Made by a program: the position numbers and the translations under genes. The notes under the pieces were generated by a model. The model worked only from the letters and a program-made list of their open reading frames with translations, did not search any database and was not told where the DNA came from. From an uncultured Eggerthellaceae bacterium (GTDB lineage Bacteria; Actinomycetota; Coriobacteriia; Coriobacteriales; Eggerthellaceae), in contig CABRXV010000017.1 in NCBI GenBank assembly GCA_902475005.1, forward strand, positions 7,354 through 31,353: DNA of 24,000 bases, in the 5' to 3' direction. Positions 1-7,268 of this stretch are shown piece by piece (position 1 is the first letter of the stretch; each line of letters starts with the position of its first letter).

Positions 1-1
1 C

Positions 2-259
2 TCCAGCTACGGCTCTTCGGGTAACACGAACTACTCGAATTACGGAAACGCCGGCAGCGGCTCGTCCGCTCCCGCGCCTGCGCCCGATCCGGCCCCGGCG
101 CCCGAACCCGCACCCGCGCCTGCTCCCGCCCCGAGCGGCGGCAACTCCGGCTACGGAGACTCGAGCTACGGCGGAAACTCGAATTACGGCGGCGGCAATT
201 CCGGCTACGATGGCGGAAACTCCGGCTATGATGACGGCGATTCCGGCTACGACGACTAG
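2..259 (+). CDS. 3' end of a window-truncated CDS: low-complexity S/G/N/Y/D-rich and Pro-Ala-rich C-terminal tail
   Basis: Frame 2 is open from the window edge to TAG 257-259. It translates to SSYGSSGNTNYSNYGNAGSGSSAPAPAPDPAPAPEPAPAPAPAPSGGNSGYGDSSYGGNSNYGGGNSGYDGGNSGYDDGDSGYDD*. Third codon positions are G/C-rich as in neighbouring genes. It is absent from the ORF track because there is no start codon in the window. Confidence 0.4.
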   Translation, partial: SSYGSSGNTNYSNYGNAGSGSSAPAPAPDPAPAPEPAPAPAPAPSGGNSGYGDSSYGGNSNYGGGNSGYDGGNSGYDDGDSGYDD

Positions 260-262
260 CGG

Positions 263-1099
263 GTGGCGGAGTTTCGCGCACCCCTTTGCGGGAGGCGTTC
301 TGTGAGGGGGCTTCCTTTCGCAAAGATGTCGCCTGTGCGCGAATCGGACATGTCAGTTTCGGTGCAGGAGCCCTCGTTCGGCGAAGAACTGCAGGGCTTC
401 TGCACCGTCGGGCGCAAGGCGCCCCTGCGGTTTCGCCATGAGCTCAAGCATGTGGCGAACGAGGCGGAGGCCGATATGCTCGCACAGCGGCTGGCCCTCG
501 TGCTTCCCCGCGATGCCCACGCGGGAAGCGGGGGGCGCTACCGCGTGACGAGCCTGTATTTTGAGACGCCCTACGACAAGGCGCTGCGCCAGAAGCTCGA
601 GGGCATCGATCGACGCGAGAAGTTCCGCCTGCGCTATTACGGAAGCGATACGTCGCTTGTGAAGCTCGAGCGGAAGATCAAGGCGAACGGGCTGTGCGCC
701 AAGCAAAGCGCGCGCCTTGATGCCGCCCAGGTGCGCATGCTGCTGAGCGGGTCCCATCGGTTCCTGCTCGATTGCGGCGATCCGCTGTGCGTAGAGCTGT
801 ACGCCAAGATGCAGGGTGAGCTGCTGCGTCCTCGTGTCGTGGTTCGCTATGAGCGCGAAGCGTTTTCGAGTCCGCACGGCAACGTGCGCGTGACGATCGA
901 CCGCAGCCTGAGAACGAGCTTGAGCGCGGTCGACTTCCTCGAGCCGTACGCGGGGCGGGTGCCTGCGGCCGACGGGCGGGCGGTGGTCGAGGTGAAGTAC
1001 GACGCCTACCTGCCCGACGTGGTGCGCATGGCGGTTCAGCCGCTCGCGCGCTCGGCGGCGGCGTACTCGAAGTACGCGCTGTGCCGCAGGTTCGACTGA
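263..1099 (+). CDS. VTC-domain (polyphosphate polymerase-like) protein
   Basis: The translation contains RFRHELKH...YRVTSLYFETPYDKALRQKLEGIDRREKFRLRYYG...VVEVKYD..., the typical bacterial VTC-domain pattern. The start is uncertain: GTG 263, ATG 326 or ATG 350. The end is 17 nt from the next gene. Confidence 0.8.
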   Translation: MAEFRAPLCGRRSVRGLPFAKMSPVRESDMSVSVQEPSFGEELQGFCTVGRKAPLRFRHELKHVANEAEADMLAQRLALVLPRDAHAGSGGRYRVTSLYFETPYDKALRQKLEGIDRREKFRLRYYGSDTSLVKLERKIKANGLCAKQSARLDAAQVRMLLSGSHRFLLDCGDPLCVELYAKMQGELLRPRVVVRYEREAFSSPHGNVRVTIDRSLRTSLSAVDFLEPYAGRVPAADGRAVVEVKYDAYLPDVVRMAVQPLARSAAAYSKYALCRRFD

Positions 1100-1115
1100 G
1101 CAACGAAGGAATCCC

Positions 1116-1787
1116 ATGACGTTTCAAGACATATTCACCTCCAGCTTTCTGGAGAACATGACTTCCACGTCGCTTCTCGATGCGGCGATCGCCCTCGTGC
1201 TCGCGTTCGCGCTCGGTTTGTTCATCTTCGTCATCTACCGCCGCACGTACAGCGGCGTCATGTACTCCGCAAGCTTCGGCGCGAGCCTCATCGCGCTTGC
1301 GCTCATCACGACGCTCGTCATTCTGGCGGTTTCGAGCAACGTGGTACTCTCGCTCGGCATGGTGGGCGCGCTCTCGATCGTGCGCTTCCGAACGCCCGTG
1401 AAGGAGGCGATGGACATCGTCTTCCTGTTCTGGGCGATCGCGGTGGGCATCGTGCTGGCGGCGGGCCTTCTGCTGCTGGCGGTGTTCGGCAGCCTGTTTA
1501 TCGGCGTGGTGCTGCTCCTCATCTCGACGCGCCGCAACCCGATCAACCCCTACATCCTCGTGCTCCACTGCGCGGACGGCGAGGCCGAGAAGGCAGCACG
1601 CGAGCTGGTGGGAAAGCACGCGCGCGCGGTGAAGCTGAAGAGCAAGACGATGCTTCCTGATCTCATCGAGCTCAACTACGAGGTGCGGCTCAAGGACGAT
1701 CACGCGGGCTTCCTGGGCGAGCTTGCGGCGATGCCGGGCATCAGCCATGCGGCGCTCGTGTCGTACAACGGCGACTACATGGGATAG
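1116..1787 (+). CDS. DUF4956-domain membrane protein
   Basis: ATG is preceded by GAAGGA. There are several TM helices and the LSIVRFRTPVKEAMDIVFLFWAIAVGI motif typical of DUF4956, followed by a soluble C-terminal domain. It is tightly linked to the VTC gene. Confidence 0.8.
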   Translation: MTFQDIFTSSFLENMTSTSLLDAAIALVLAFALGLFIFVIYRRTYSGVMYSASFGASLIALALITTLVILAVSSNVVLSLGMVGALSIVRFRTPVKEAMDIVFLFWAIAVGIVLAAGLLLLAVFGSLFIGVVLLLISTRRNPINPYILVLHCADGEAEKAARELVGKHARAVKLKSKTMLPDLIELNYEVRLKDDHAGFLGELAAMPGISHAALVSYNGDYMG

Positions 1788-1819
1788 CCGCTTCGAGGCG
1801 GGAGCGGGAACGGGCAACG

Positions 1820-3253
1820 GTGCTGAACAGCAGGTGGATAGAGGTGTTCGGCGCGGCGATGATGATCCTCGCCGTCGTCGGCGTCGTTGCGTTCCCTCTG
1901 TTTGGCGAGCGTATCGGTATTGCGCCGGCGAGCGCCCAACCCGCCTACCTTGACCGTCTGTTCGCGCAGGGCAGGGTGCACACGGTCGACATCCAGATGG
2001 ATGGCTGGGGCGAGATGGTCGCCGCGGCGTCTGAAGACGCGTACGACCCCTGCACGGTGGTGATCGACGGCGAGTCGTTCGATGGTGCGGGTATACGCAT
2101 CAAGGGGAACAATTCTCGCAGCTTGGTGAGCCGCTACGGGCTCGAGCGCTACAGCCTCAAAGTCGAATTCGACCACTTCAAGGAGGGCGCGAGCTATCAC
2201 GGGCTCGACAAGCTCTCGCTCGACGCGGCGTTTCAGGACAACAGCTACCTGAAGAACTACCTCGCGTACGACATGATGACGTACATGGAGGTGCCCTCTC
2301 CTGCGTGCAGCTTTGCATGGGTCACGGTGAACGGCGAGCCGTGGGGGCTGTTCCTCGCCGTGGAAGAGCCCGAGGAATCGTTCGCGAAACGCCATTTCGG
2401 ACCAGATTTCGGTGCTTTGTACAAGCCCGACTATCGGAGCCTCGACGAGGAGAACGCCGACGTGGCGCTGCGCTACACGGGCGACGACCCCGCGCTCTAC
2501 GATAACATCTTCCGCAAGGCGCTTGTGCCGGTTGACGCGTCTGATCAGCGGCGCCTGATCGAAGCGCTGCGCGTGCTGGCACAGGCGGTTCCCAGCAACG
2601 GCACGCCTCAGGTCGATCTGTCGTCTGTCGTTATGGTCGAGGAGACGCTGCGTTACTTCGTGGTGCAGTCGTTCACGGTAAACCTCGACAGCTATCTGGG
2701 GCCGACGGGCCATAACTACCTGCTCTACGAGGAAGATGGGCGCATCCGCATGCTGCCGTGGGACTACAATCTGGCGTTTGCCACCTACACCTTGGGGATG
2801 CCCGAGGCGGAAAACAACCCGGTCAAATACGTTAATCAGCCGATCGACACGCCGGCCGACGGCGCGGTGATGCGCGAGCGCCCCCTCTATCACCACCTCA
2901 TGCAAGCCGACGGCTCCTTCGAACGCTATTACGAGCTGTACGACGAGTTCATCGCGGGGTATTTCGAGAGCGGGCGATGCGAAGCGACGATCCGCGAGGC
3001 GGAGCGACTCATCGCGCCTTACGTCCAGCGCGATCCCACGGCGTTTTGCTCGTACGAGGATTTTCGGCTGGGCGTCGATGCGCTCGATCAATTCTGCGCG
3101 CTTCGTGCGGAAAGCGTGCGCGGTCAGCTCGAGGGGTCGGTTCCGTCGAGCTTCGCTGAGCAGGAGGCGGGCGTCGGAACGCTTGTCGATGCGGGCGATC
3201 TGCGGCTGACCGACCTCGGCGAGATTGCTGATCTCGAAAACGGCGTGCACTGA
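1820..3253 (+). CDS. CotH-family atypical protein kinase, N-terminally membrane-anchored
   Basis: N-terminal TM segment (FGAAMMILAVVGVVAFPLF). CotH-like blocks are present: IRIKGNNSR, SLKVEFDHF, YLKNYLAYDMM, NLDSYLGPTGHNYLLYEEDGRIRMLPWDYNLAF. The GTG start at 1820 is uncertain. Confidence 0.85.
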   Translation: MLNSRWIEVFGAAMMILAVVGVVAFPLFGERIGIAPASAQPAYLDRLFAQGRVHTVDIQMDGWGEMVAAASEDAYDPCTVVIDGESFDGAGIRIKGNNSRSLVSRYGLERYSLKVEFDHFKEGASYHGLDKLSLDAAFQDNSYLKNYLAYDMMTYMEVPSPACSFAWVTVNGEPWGLFLAVEEPEESFAKRHFGPDFGALYKPDYRSLDEENADVALRYTGDDPALYDNIFRKALVPVDASDQRRLIEALRVLAQAVPSNGTPQVDLSSVVMVEETLRYFVVQSFTVNLDSYLGPTGHNYLLYEEDGRIRMLPWDYNLAFATYTLGMPEAENNPVKYVNQPIDTPADGAVMRERPLYHHLMQADGSFERYYELYDEFIAGYFESGRCEATIREAERLIAPYVQRDPTAFCSYEDFRLGVDALDQFCALRAESVRGQLEGSVPSSFAEQEAGVGTLVDAGDLRLTDLGEIADLENGVH

Positions 3254-3374
3254 CGGGTTGCGTCGGAGGCGCTTGCTGGCGAAGAGGCTGCTTGGTTTTT
3301 TCGACGGCGGGGTGGAGGCAGCTTGGGGCGGCGGCTTCTGCAAGCTGGGCGTTTGCAGACGAGCTGCCGAAAGT

Positions 3375-3402
3375 GCGAACGAATGTTTCACGTGAAACAT
3401 TG
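3375..3402 (-). repeat. Dispersed palindromic repeat, copy a (inverted orientation relative to copies b-d)
   Basis: gcgaacgaatgtttcacgtgaaacattg. Its reverse complement matches the consensus GAATGTTTCACGTGAAACATTCGTTCGC. It lies between the convergent 3' ends of cotH and the DUF2974 gene. Confidence 0.9.
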
Positions 3403-3507
3403 TGCGGTGGCATGCGTTTTGCGGCGGACGAATTCGCCTGCAGCTGCATCTTGCGGCTTGCGAAGCCTTTCACAGCCCGCGATCGAGCCGCAGCCCGCGC
3501 GCTCCTA

Positions 3508-5109
3508 CTACGAGCGCGTGTTCTCGTCGCCGGTGTCGTTCATGAGGTTGGCGATGCTGCGTCCGATCTGCTCGCCGATGCGGCCGGCGGCATGGGTTGC
3601 CGCGCTGCCCGCCGCCGCGCCGAGGAAGTCGCGGCCTGCTTCGATCAGCACGTCGCGGTCGGCTTCGTCGGCGTTGCGCGCTGCTTCGCGGAGGAATCTC
3701 GCCGCGCGATTCTTGTCAACGAGCAGATCGCGCGCGTTTTCGGCCCCCGATGCTTCGATGGCGCGGAACAGCGCGTCGACGATGCGCGCCCGATCCTCGT
3801 CATCGTAGCGCCCAAGCCAATCCTGCAGCGACTTCGCCATGATCGCGGTCGAGGTCGGTAGGGCGTCGAGGTACGAGAAGTCGGTGAGAGAGCTGTTGAC
3901 CTCCCACGAGAACACGCTGTGCTGATCGAGGCCGTGTGCGCTGCTGCGCACAACGCGCGGCTCGGTGGGCGCGTGCAGCAGGATGCCGACGATCGATTCG
4001 GCGGGCACGATCTTGCGGAAACGCTCGAGGATCGGGGTGGAAGCGCGGTCGGTTGTGCGGTCGGATGCGCGATTTGTCGCACCAGCGGCAGCGCCATTGC
4101 GCGCCGCCCTGCTCGTGCGGCCGGGCGCTCCGTCGGCTGCGCCGTGGCGCGCCGCCTTGTTTGCGCGATCAACCGTGCGGTCGGCTGCGCCATTGCGCGC
4201 CGTCCTGCTTGCGCCGCTGGTTGCATCGTCGACCGCACTGCGCCCCATCGTGCCGAGCGCGCTACGGCTTTCAGCTCCGTCTGCGCCGCGGCATGTCTCG
4301 CCGTCTGCGCTGTGCTGCGCCGCTGTTTCAGCGTTTTCGCGCACGTCTTCCTTGAAGCCAGGTCCGTCGAGGTTGTATACGCGTACGATGCGATTCTGCA
4401 CGTCGGCGGGCGCATGGAGCGCTGCATACTCGGCGAGGTTGCCACCCTTTGAGTGTCCTCCAACTATGATGCGTTCGGGAAGGTAGGGCGCCGCCGCCGC
4501 AAGGTAGCGCGAAGCCTGATCCTGCGCGGGCACGGGCATGGCGTACGCCATGTTGAAGTCTTCCTTCCATCCGACGATCGACTCGTCGGTGCCGCGAAAC
4601 CCCACGAAAGCGAACATATCGCGGTAGAAGAACGTCATCGCTGCGAATTGCATCTCGCGAGCAGGGTCGAACTCGCTCAGGTAGAGGCCGACCTCCACCG
4701 CGCGGAAGCGAGGACTTGCCGCCAAGGCGAACAGGTTGCGCTTGATCTTCTCGGGGTTGAGGCCCGTGAACATGGTGGGGAAGTTCTCGGCGCGCAGCAG
4801 GTCGCGCAGGGGCACGGTGGCGGCAACGGGCTTCGCGTCATCCGCTGCGCCGATGTGCAGTAGTTGCGCGAGCCGCTTGAGGCCGCGTGCACGGGAGGAG
4901 GCGCGTTGTTTTCCGTCGTCTTCCGTAATCGGCAGAAGCGGGATGGCGCCTTCGCCGCGCACCATGCACAGCTGCGAGAGCGCAGCCGCATCGACGGGGT
5001 TGAACGGGACGTCCTCGAACGGCGCGAGCTGCTGCTCGAGGTAGTCGATGAGGTGGATCGGCGTATCGTCGGCGGTCCAGAGGTCGTTTGCGCTGGAGTC
5101 GGTGTTCAT
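3508..5109 (-). CDS. Mbeg1-like (DUF2974) alpha/beta-hydrolase-like protein with an internal repeat insertion
   Basis: FVGFRGTDESIVGWKEDF and IIVGGHSKGGNLAEYAAL (GHSKGG nucleophile elbow) are typical of DUF2974. The start is chosen at ATG 5107-5109, which has GAAAGGACG 5 nt upstream; the track ORF extends to 5136. Confidence 0.8.
   Translation of the reverse strand: MNTDSSANDLWTADDTPIHLIDYLEQQLAPFEDVPFNPVDAAALSQLCMVRGEGAIPLLPITEDDGKQRASSRARGLKRLAQLLHIGAADDAKPVAATVPLRDLLRAENFPTMFTGLNPEKIKRNLFALAASPRFRAVEVGLYLSEFDPAREMQFAAMTFFYRDMFAFVGFRGTDESIVGWKEDFNMAYAMPVPAQDQASRYLAAAAPYLPERIIVGGHSKGGNLAEYAALHAPADVQNRIVRVYNLDGPGFKEDVRENAETAAQHSADGETCRGADGAESRSALGTMGRSAVDDATSGASRTARNGAADRTVDRANKAARHGAADGAPGRTSRAARNGAAAGATNRASDRTTDRASTPILERFRKIVPAESIVGILLHAPTEPRVVRSSAHGLDQHSVFSWEVNSSLTDFSYLDALPTSTAIMAKSLQDWLGRYDDEDRARIVDALFRAIEASGAENARDLLVDKNRAARFLREAARNADEADRDVLIEAGRDFLGAAAGSAATHAAGRIGEQIGRSIANLMNDTGDENTRS
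4036..4335 (-). repeat. In-frame low-complexity insertion with about 48-bp (16-aa) degenerate tandem repeats inside the DUF2974 CDS
   Basis: The plus strand shows gc(a/t)gcgcc(a/g)t(t/g)gcgcgccg(c/t)cct(g/t)(c/t)t recurring at about 4088, 4136 and 4184. The protein reads SRTARNGAADRTVDR / ANKAARHGAADGAPGR / TSRAARNGAAAGATNR, between the GPGF block and the ILERFRKIVP block. Confidence 0.75.
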
Positions 5110-5531
5110 GCGGCGTCCTTTCGCCATCCAAAGCAAAAGGTATGCCCTGGTTCAGCTCTTACGACTATTGTACGGCTCAAGGGTCGGCGTTTCATGGAGC
5201 GTCGATGTTCATGTTGCGCGCGCGATGGCTTGAGCTCGCGTTTCGTTCGCACAGACCGCCACCTGCTCGCACCGTGCGTCGCACGGCGCACGGTGCGAGT
5301 GCGCTGTCGCAGCACCGCATTCCATATCGCTGAAATGCTGCGTTTCCTGCCGTTGCAACGTTACATCCGCCGTTGCCGCAGCATCACGCCTCTTGCCGCT
5401 GCAGCGCCGCATCCCATGCCGCTCTCATGTTCCCGCAGCACCGTATTCCCCGCTGTAGCAGCCCGCATTCCTCCGCTGCCACAACGCCGTATTCCCCGCT
5501 GCTGCAACATCGCGTCCTCTACTGCTGCTTC

Positions 5532-5561
5532 GCGAATGTTTCACGTGAAGCATTCGTTCGC
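5532..5561 (+). repeat. Dispersed palindromic repeat, copy b
   Basis: gcgaatgtttcacgtgaagcattcgttcgc, with one substitution (A to G) in the right half-site. It is intergenic. Confidence 0.9.
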
Positions 5562-5671
5562 AATTTCGCGCGTTCGCTGTCCGCTACGCATTCGCAACCT
5601 GCCACGCGTCCGCATGCTTCTCCGCATGCGAAACAATGCCTATAGAAACGGGCCCCGTTTAAGCCACGCGC

Positions 5672-5758
5672 AAAAACACCCCCTTCGCGTCGTCCGACGT
5701 CTTCTGCTTTTCGGGCTTCACGTCCGAAAGCGAGGACGACGCACGCGCGAAGGGGGTG
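5672..5758 (-). terminator. Rho-independent terminator downstream of the MoaE-like gene
   Basis: cacccccttcgcg (5677-5689) pairs with cgcgaagggggtg (5746-5758), and the inner tcgtcc/ggacga extends the stem. On the minus strand the hairpin is followed by UUUUUG (plus strand caaaaa, 5671-5676). Confidence 0.6.
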
Positions 5759-5793
5759 CGCTCTCACGCGATGTCAGCAGGTTTCCGCGCTTC

Positions 5794-6189
5794 TTACGCG
5801 AAAACCTCCTTCTCAACCACGAGCTCGTTCTTGATCTTGCCGACGAGCTTCTGCAGCGCATCGATCACGTGCGGGCGGATGTCGCCGCCGATCAGCACGT
5901 ACATGAGGGAGTCGCCCACGCTGCACACGCCCTCGTTGAGCCAGGTGCGCACGTAGTAGATGCCTTCCCACGTGAGCGCCTCCTCGACGGCGGCCGCGAG
6001 GCCCGCCTCGTCATACGAGAACTCGACCTGGGCAACCTCGCCCAGGTCCTCGACGCCCTCGCGCACCTGGGCCTTCGGCGTGATGCGCACCACGCCGTTG
6101 TGCGTGAGGAACATGCCGCACTGGGCAGCCTTCGGATCGGCCTTTGCTTCGGCGAGCCACTGGTCCATCGACGGTTCTTGCTTTGCCAT
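5794..6189 (-). CDS. MoaE-fold (molybdopterin synthase large-subunit-like) protein
   Basis: GMFLTHNGVVR...VEFSYDE...VGDSLMYVLIGGDIRPHVIDALQKLVGKIKNELVVEKE follows the MoaE pattern (G-x-F-x-G-x-VR, LEYE-like block, C-terminal ...KKE-like end) but lacks the conserved HR residues. ATG 6187-6189 has AAAGGA 7 nt upstream. Confidence 0.55.
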   Translation of the reverse strand: MAKQEPSMDQWLAEAKADPKAAQCGMFLTHNGVVRITPKAQVREGVEDLGEVAQVEFSYDEAGLAAAVEEALTWEGIYYVRTWLNEGVCSVGDSLMYVLIGGDIRPHVIDALQKLVGKIKNELVVEKEVFA

Positions 6190-6464
6190 GATTCGTCCTT
6201 TCACCTTGTCTGGCAGCTACGTCGTTTGAAGAAACGTTCTCGCCATATTCGTACGCTTCGAGACGGGCGCCGCCTTTGCGCTCCGCTTGCCTGCGTTGCA
6301 GGGGTGGGGCGAAGGCGCGCGGGACTTCCCGTCTGCGAGTATGCAATTGAACCTGCGCGATGCGGGAAAAGGAACTCGACGCAGGTATTATCTTCAAACG
6401 AGAGTAAGTATATTGCATTTCATGCCATGCGGAAGGATAAATCGCTTCGCGGGACGGGTTGTGC

Positions 6465-6670
6465 GCGCAAAATGCGGAAAATCACCGAAGTATTTCAGCA
6501 CAAGGTGGAGAGGGGGCGTTTCGGGGTGCGAAGAGGGCGTTTTATTCAACAATATTGTCGATATTGTTGAATAAAACGAGTGAGAAGACGGCGCTGAGAA
6601 CGGTTTGCCGCGTAACGTCTGGGTACTTCGGTGATTTTCGCGCATATTTTCGGAATAACGTGTCCGCGCC
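6465..6670. repeat. About 200-bp inverted-repeat-bounded element, copy A (MITE-like or structured-RNA-like)
   Basis: gaaaatcaccgaagta (6477-6492) is the exact reverse complement of tacttcggtgattttc (6624-6639). The outer flanks (aaaatgc...; ...attttcggaataacgtgtccgcgcc) are shared with copy B at 20380-20580. The centre carries a perfect AT-rich 15-bp hairpin at 6541-6575. Confidence 0.8.
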
Positions 6671-7110
6671 GTTGCCTTCTCGTTCCCAGCACCTGGAGGT
6701 ACGCTGGCTCGCATGTCGCTGCTTCGCACCAGTTGCCTTAACCGCGCTACCTGTCCTCCTCGCGCCACTTGCCCCGCCCGCCCTGCGCTCGCTTCCGCGC
6801 ACCATCACTCCGCATCGCTCGTACTGTCCCGCGTCGCCCACTCCGCCTGCGCCGTTGCGCTTCCCGCACGCCCGCACCCGCACCGCGCCTCCTCCTGCAT
6901 GTCGCCGTTTCGCGCTGGTCGTCCCGCCCGCGCCGCTCGCTCCTGCACATCCGCGCCAACCGTGGCGTTCGCACCGCTCCGCTCCCCGTATTCGCCCGCA
7001 CCGCCTTGCCGCCCGCGCCCCTCCCGCGCGCCGCCCACCCTACCCGTGCCGTCCACCCCACCCGCCCACTCCGCGCTCCCTCCCGCGTGCGTCTGCCCCA
7101 CCCCCATCCT
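6671..7110. other. Strongly strand-asymmetric C-rich (plus strand) non-coding tract
   Basis: About 440 bp dominated by C with few G on the plus strand. It has many C3-C5 runs (for example cccaccctaccc, ccccacccgccc, ccccaccccc at 7034-7104). Only Pro/Arg-rich pseudo-ORFs occur in all plus frames. Confidence 0.7.
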
Positions 7111-7172
7111 GCTCAAAATGTCTGGAAAACAGGCGCATTTAACATGGCGTAAACAGAAAATCGCCCATGAGC

Positions 7173-7181
7173 TGGTAGTAT
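7173..7181 (+). promoter_or_regulatory. Candidate extended -10 element for lysA
   Basis: TGgTAGTAT fits the TGnTATAAT pattern, sits in the only AT-rich patch upstream of lysA, and is about 88 nt before the ATG. No convincing -35 was found. Confidence 0.35.
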
Positions 7182-7268
7182 GGCTGCGCTCATATGCTAT
7201 CTGCGTCCGCGGCGCGCACATTCCGTCTCCTGCGAAGCAGCTGCGGCGTTGTCTCTGAAAGGAAGAAC

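Noticed and set aside
3375-3402. LexA (Cheo/SOS) box: each palindromic repeat contains CGAACGAATGTTTC, which fits the Gram-positive consensus CGAACRNRYGTTYC
   Set aside because: Four copies in 24 kb, one between convergent gene ends and none in front of a recognisable DNA-repair gene, is not how an SOS regulon is distributed. The match is more likely incidental to a REP-like element. A genome-wide count would settle it.
678-6570. ORFs 678..1817(-), 1775..3400(-), 3645..4463(-), 3292..3861(+) and 4864..6570(+)
   Set aside because: They are antisense to, or out of frame with, the VTC, DUF4956, CotH, DUF2974 and MoaE-like genes. Several run through intergenic palindromic repeats (the MFHVKH peptides), which marks them as artefacts.
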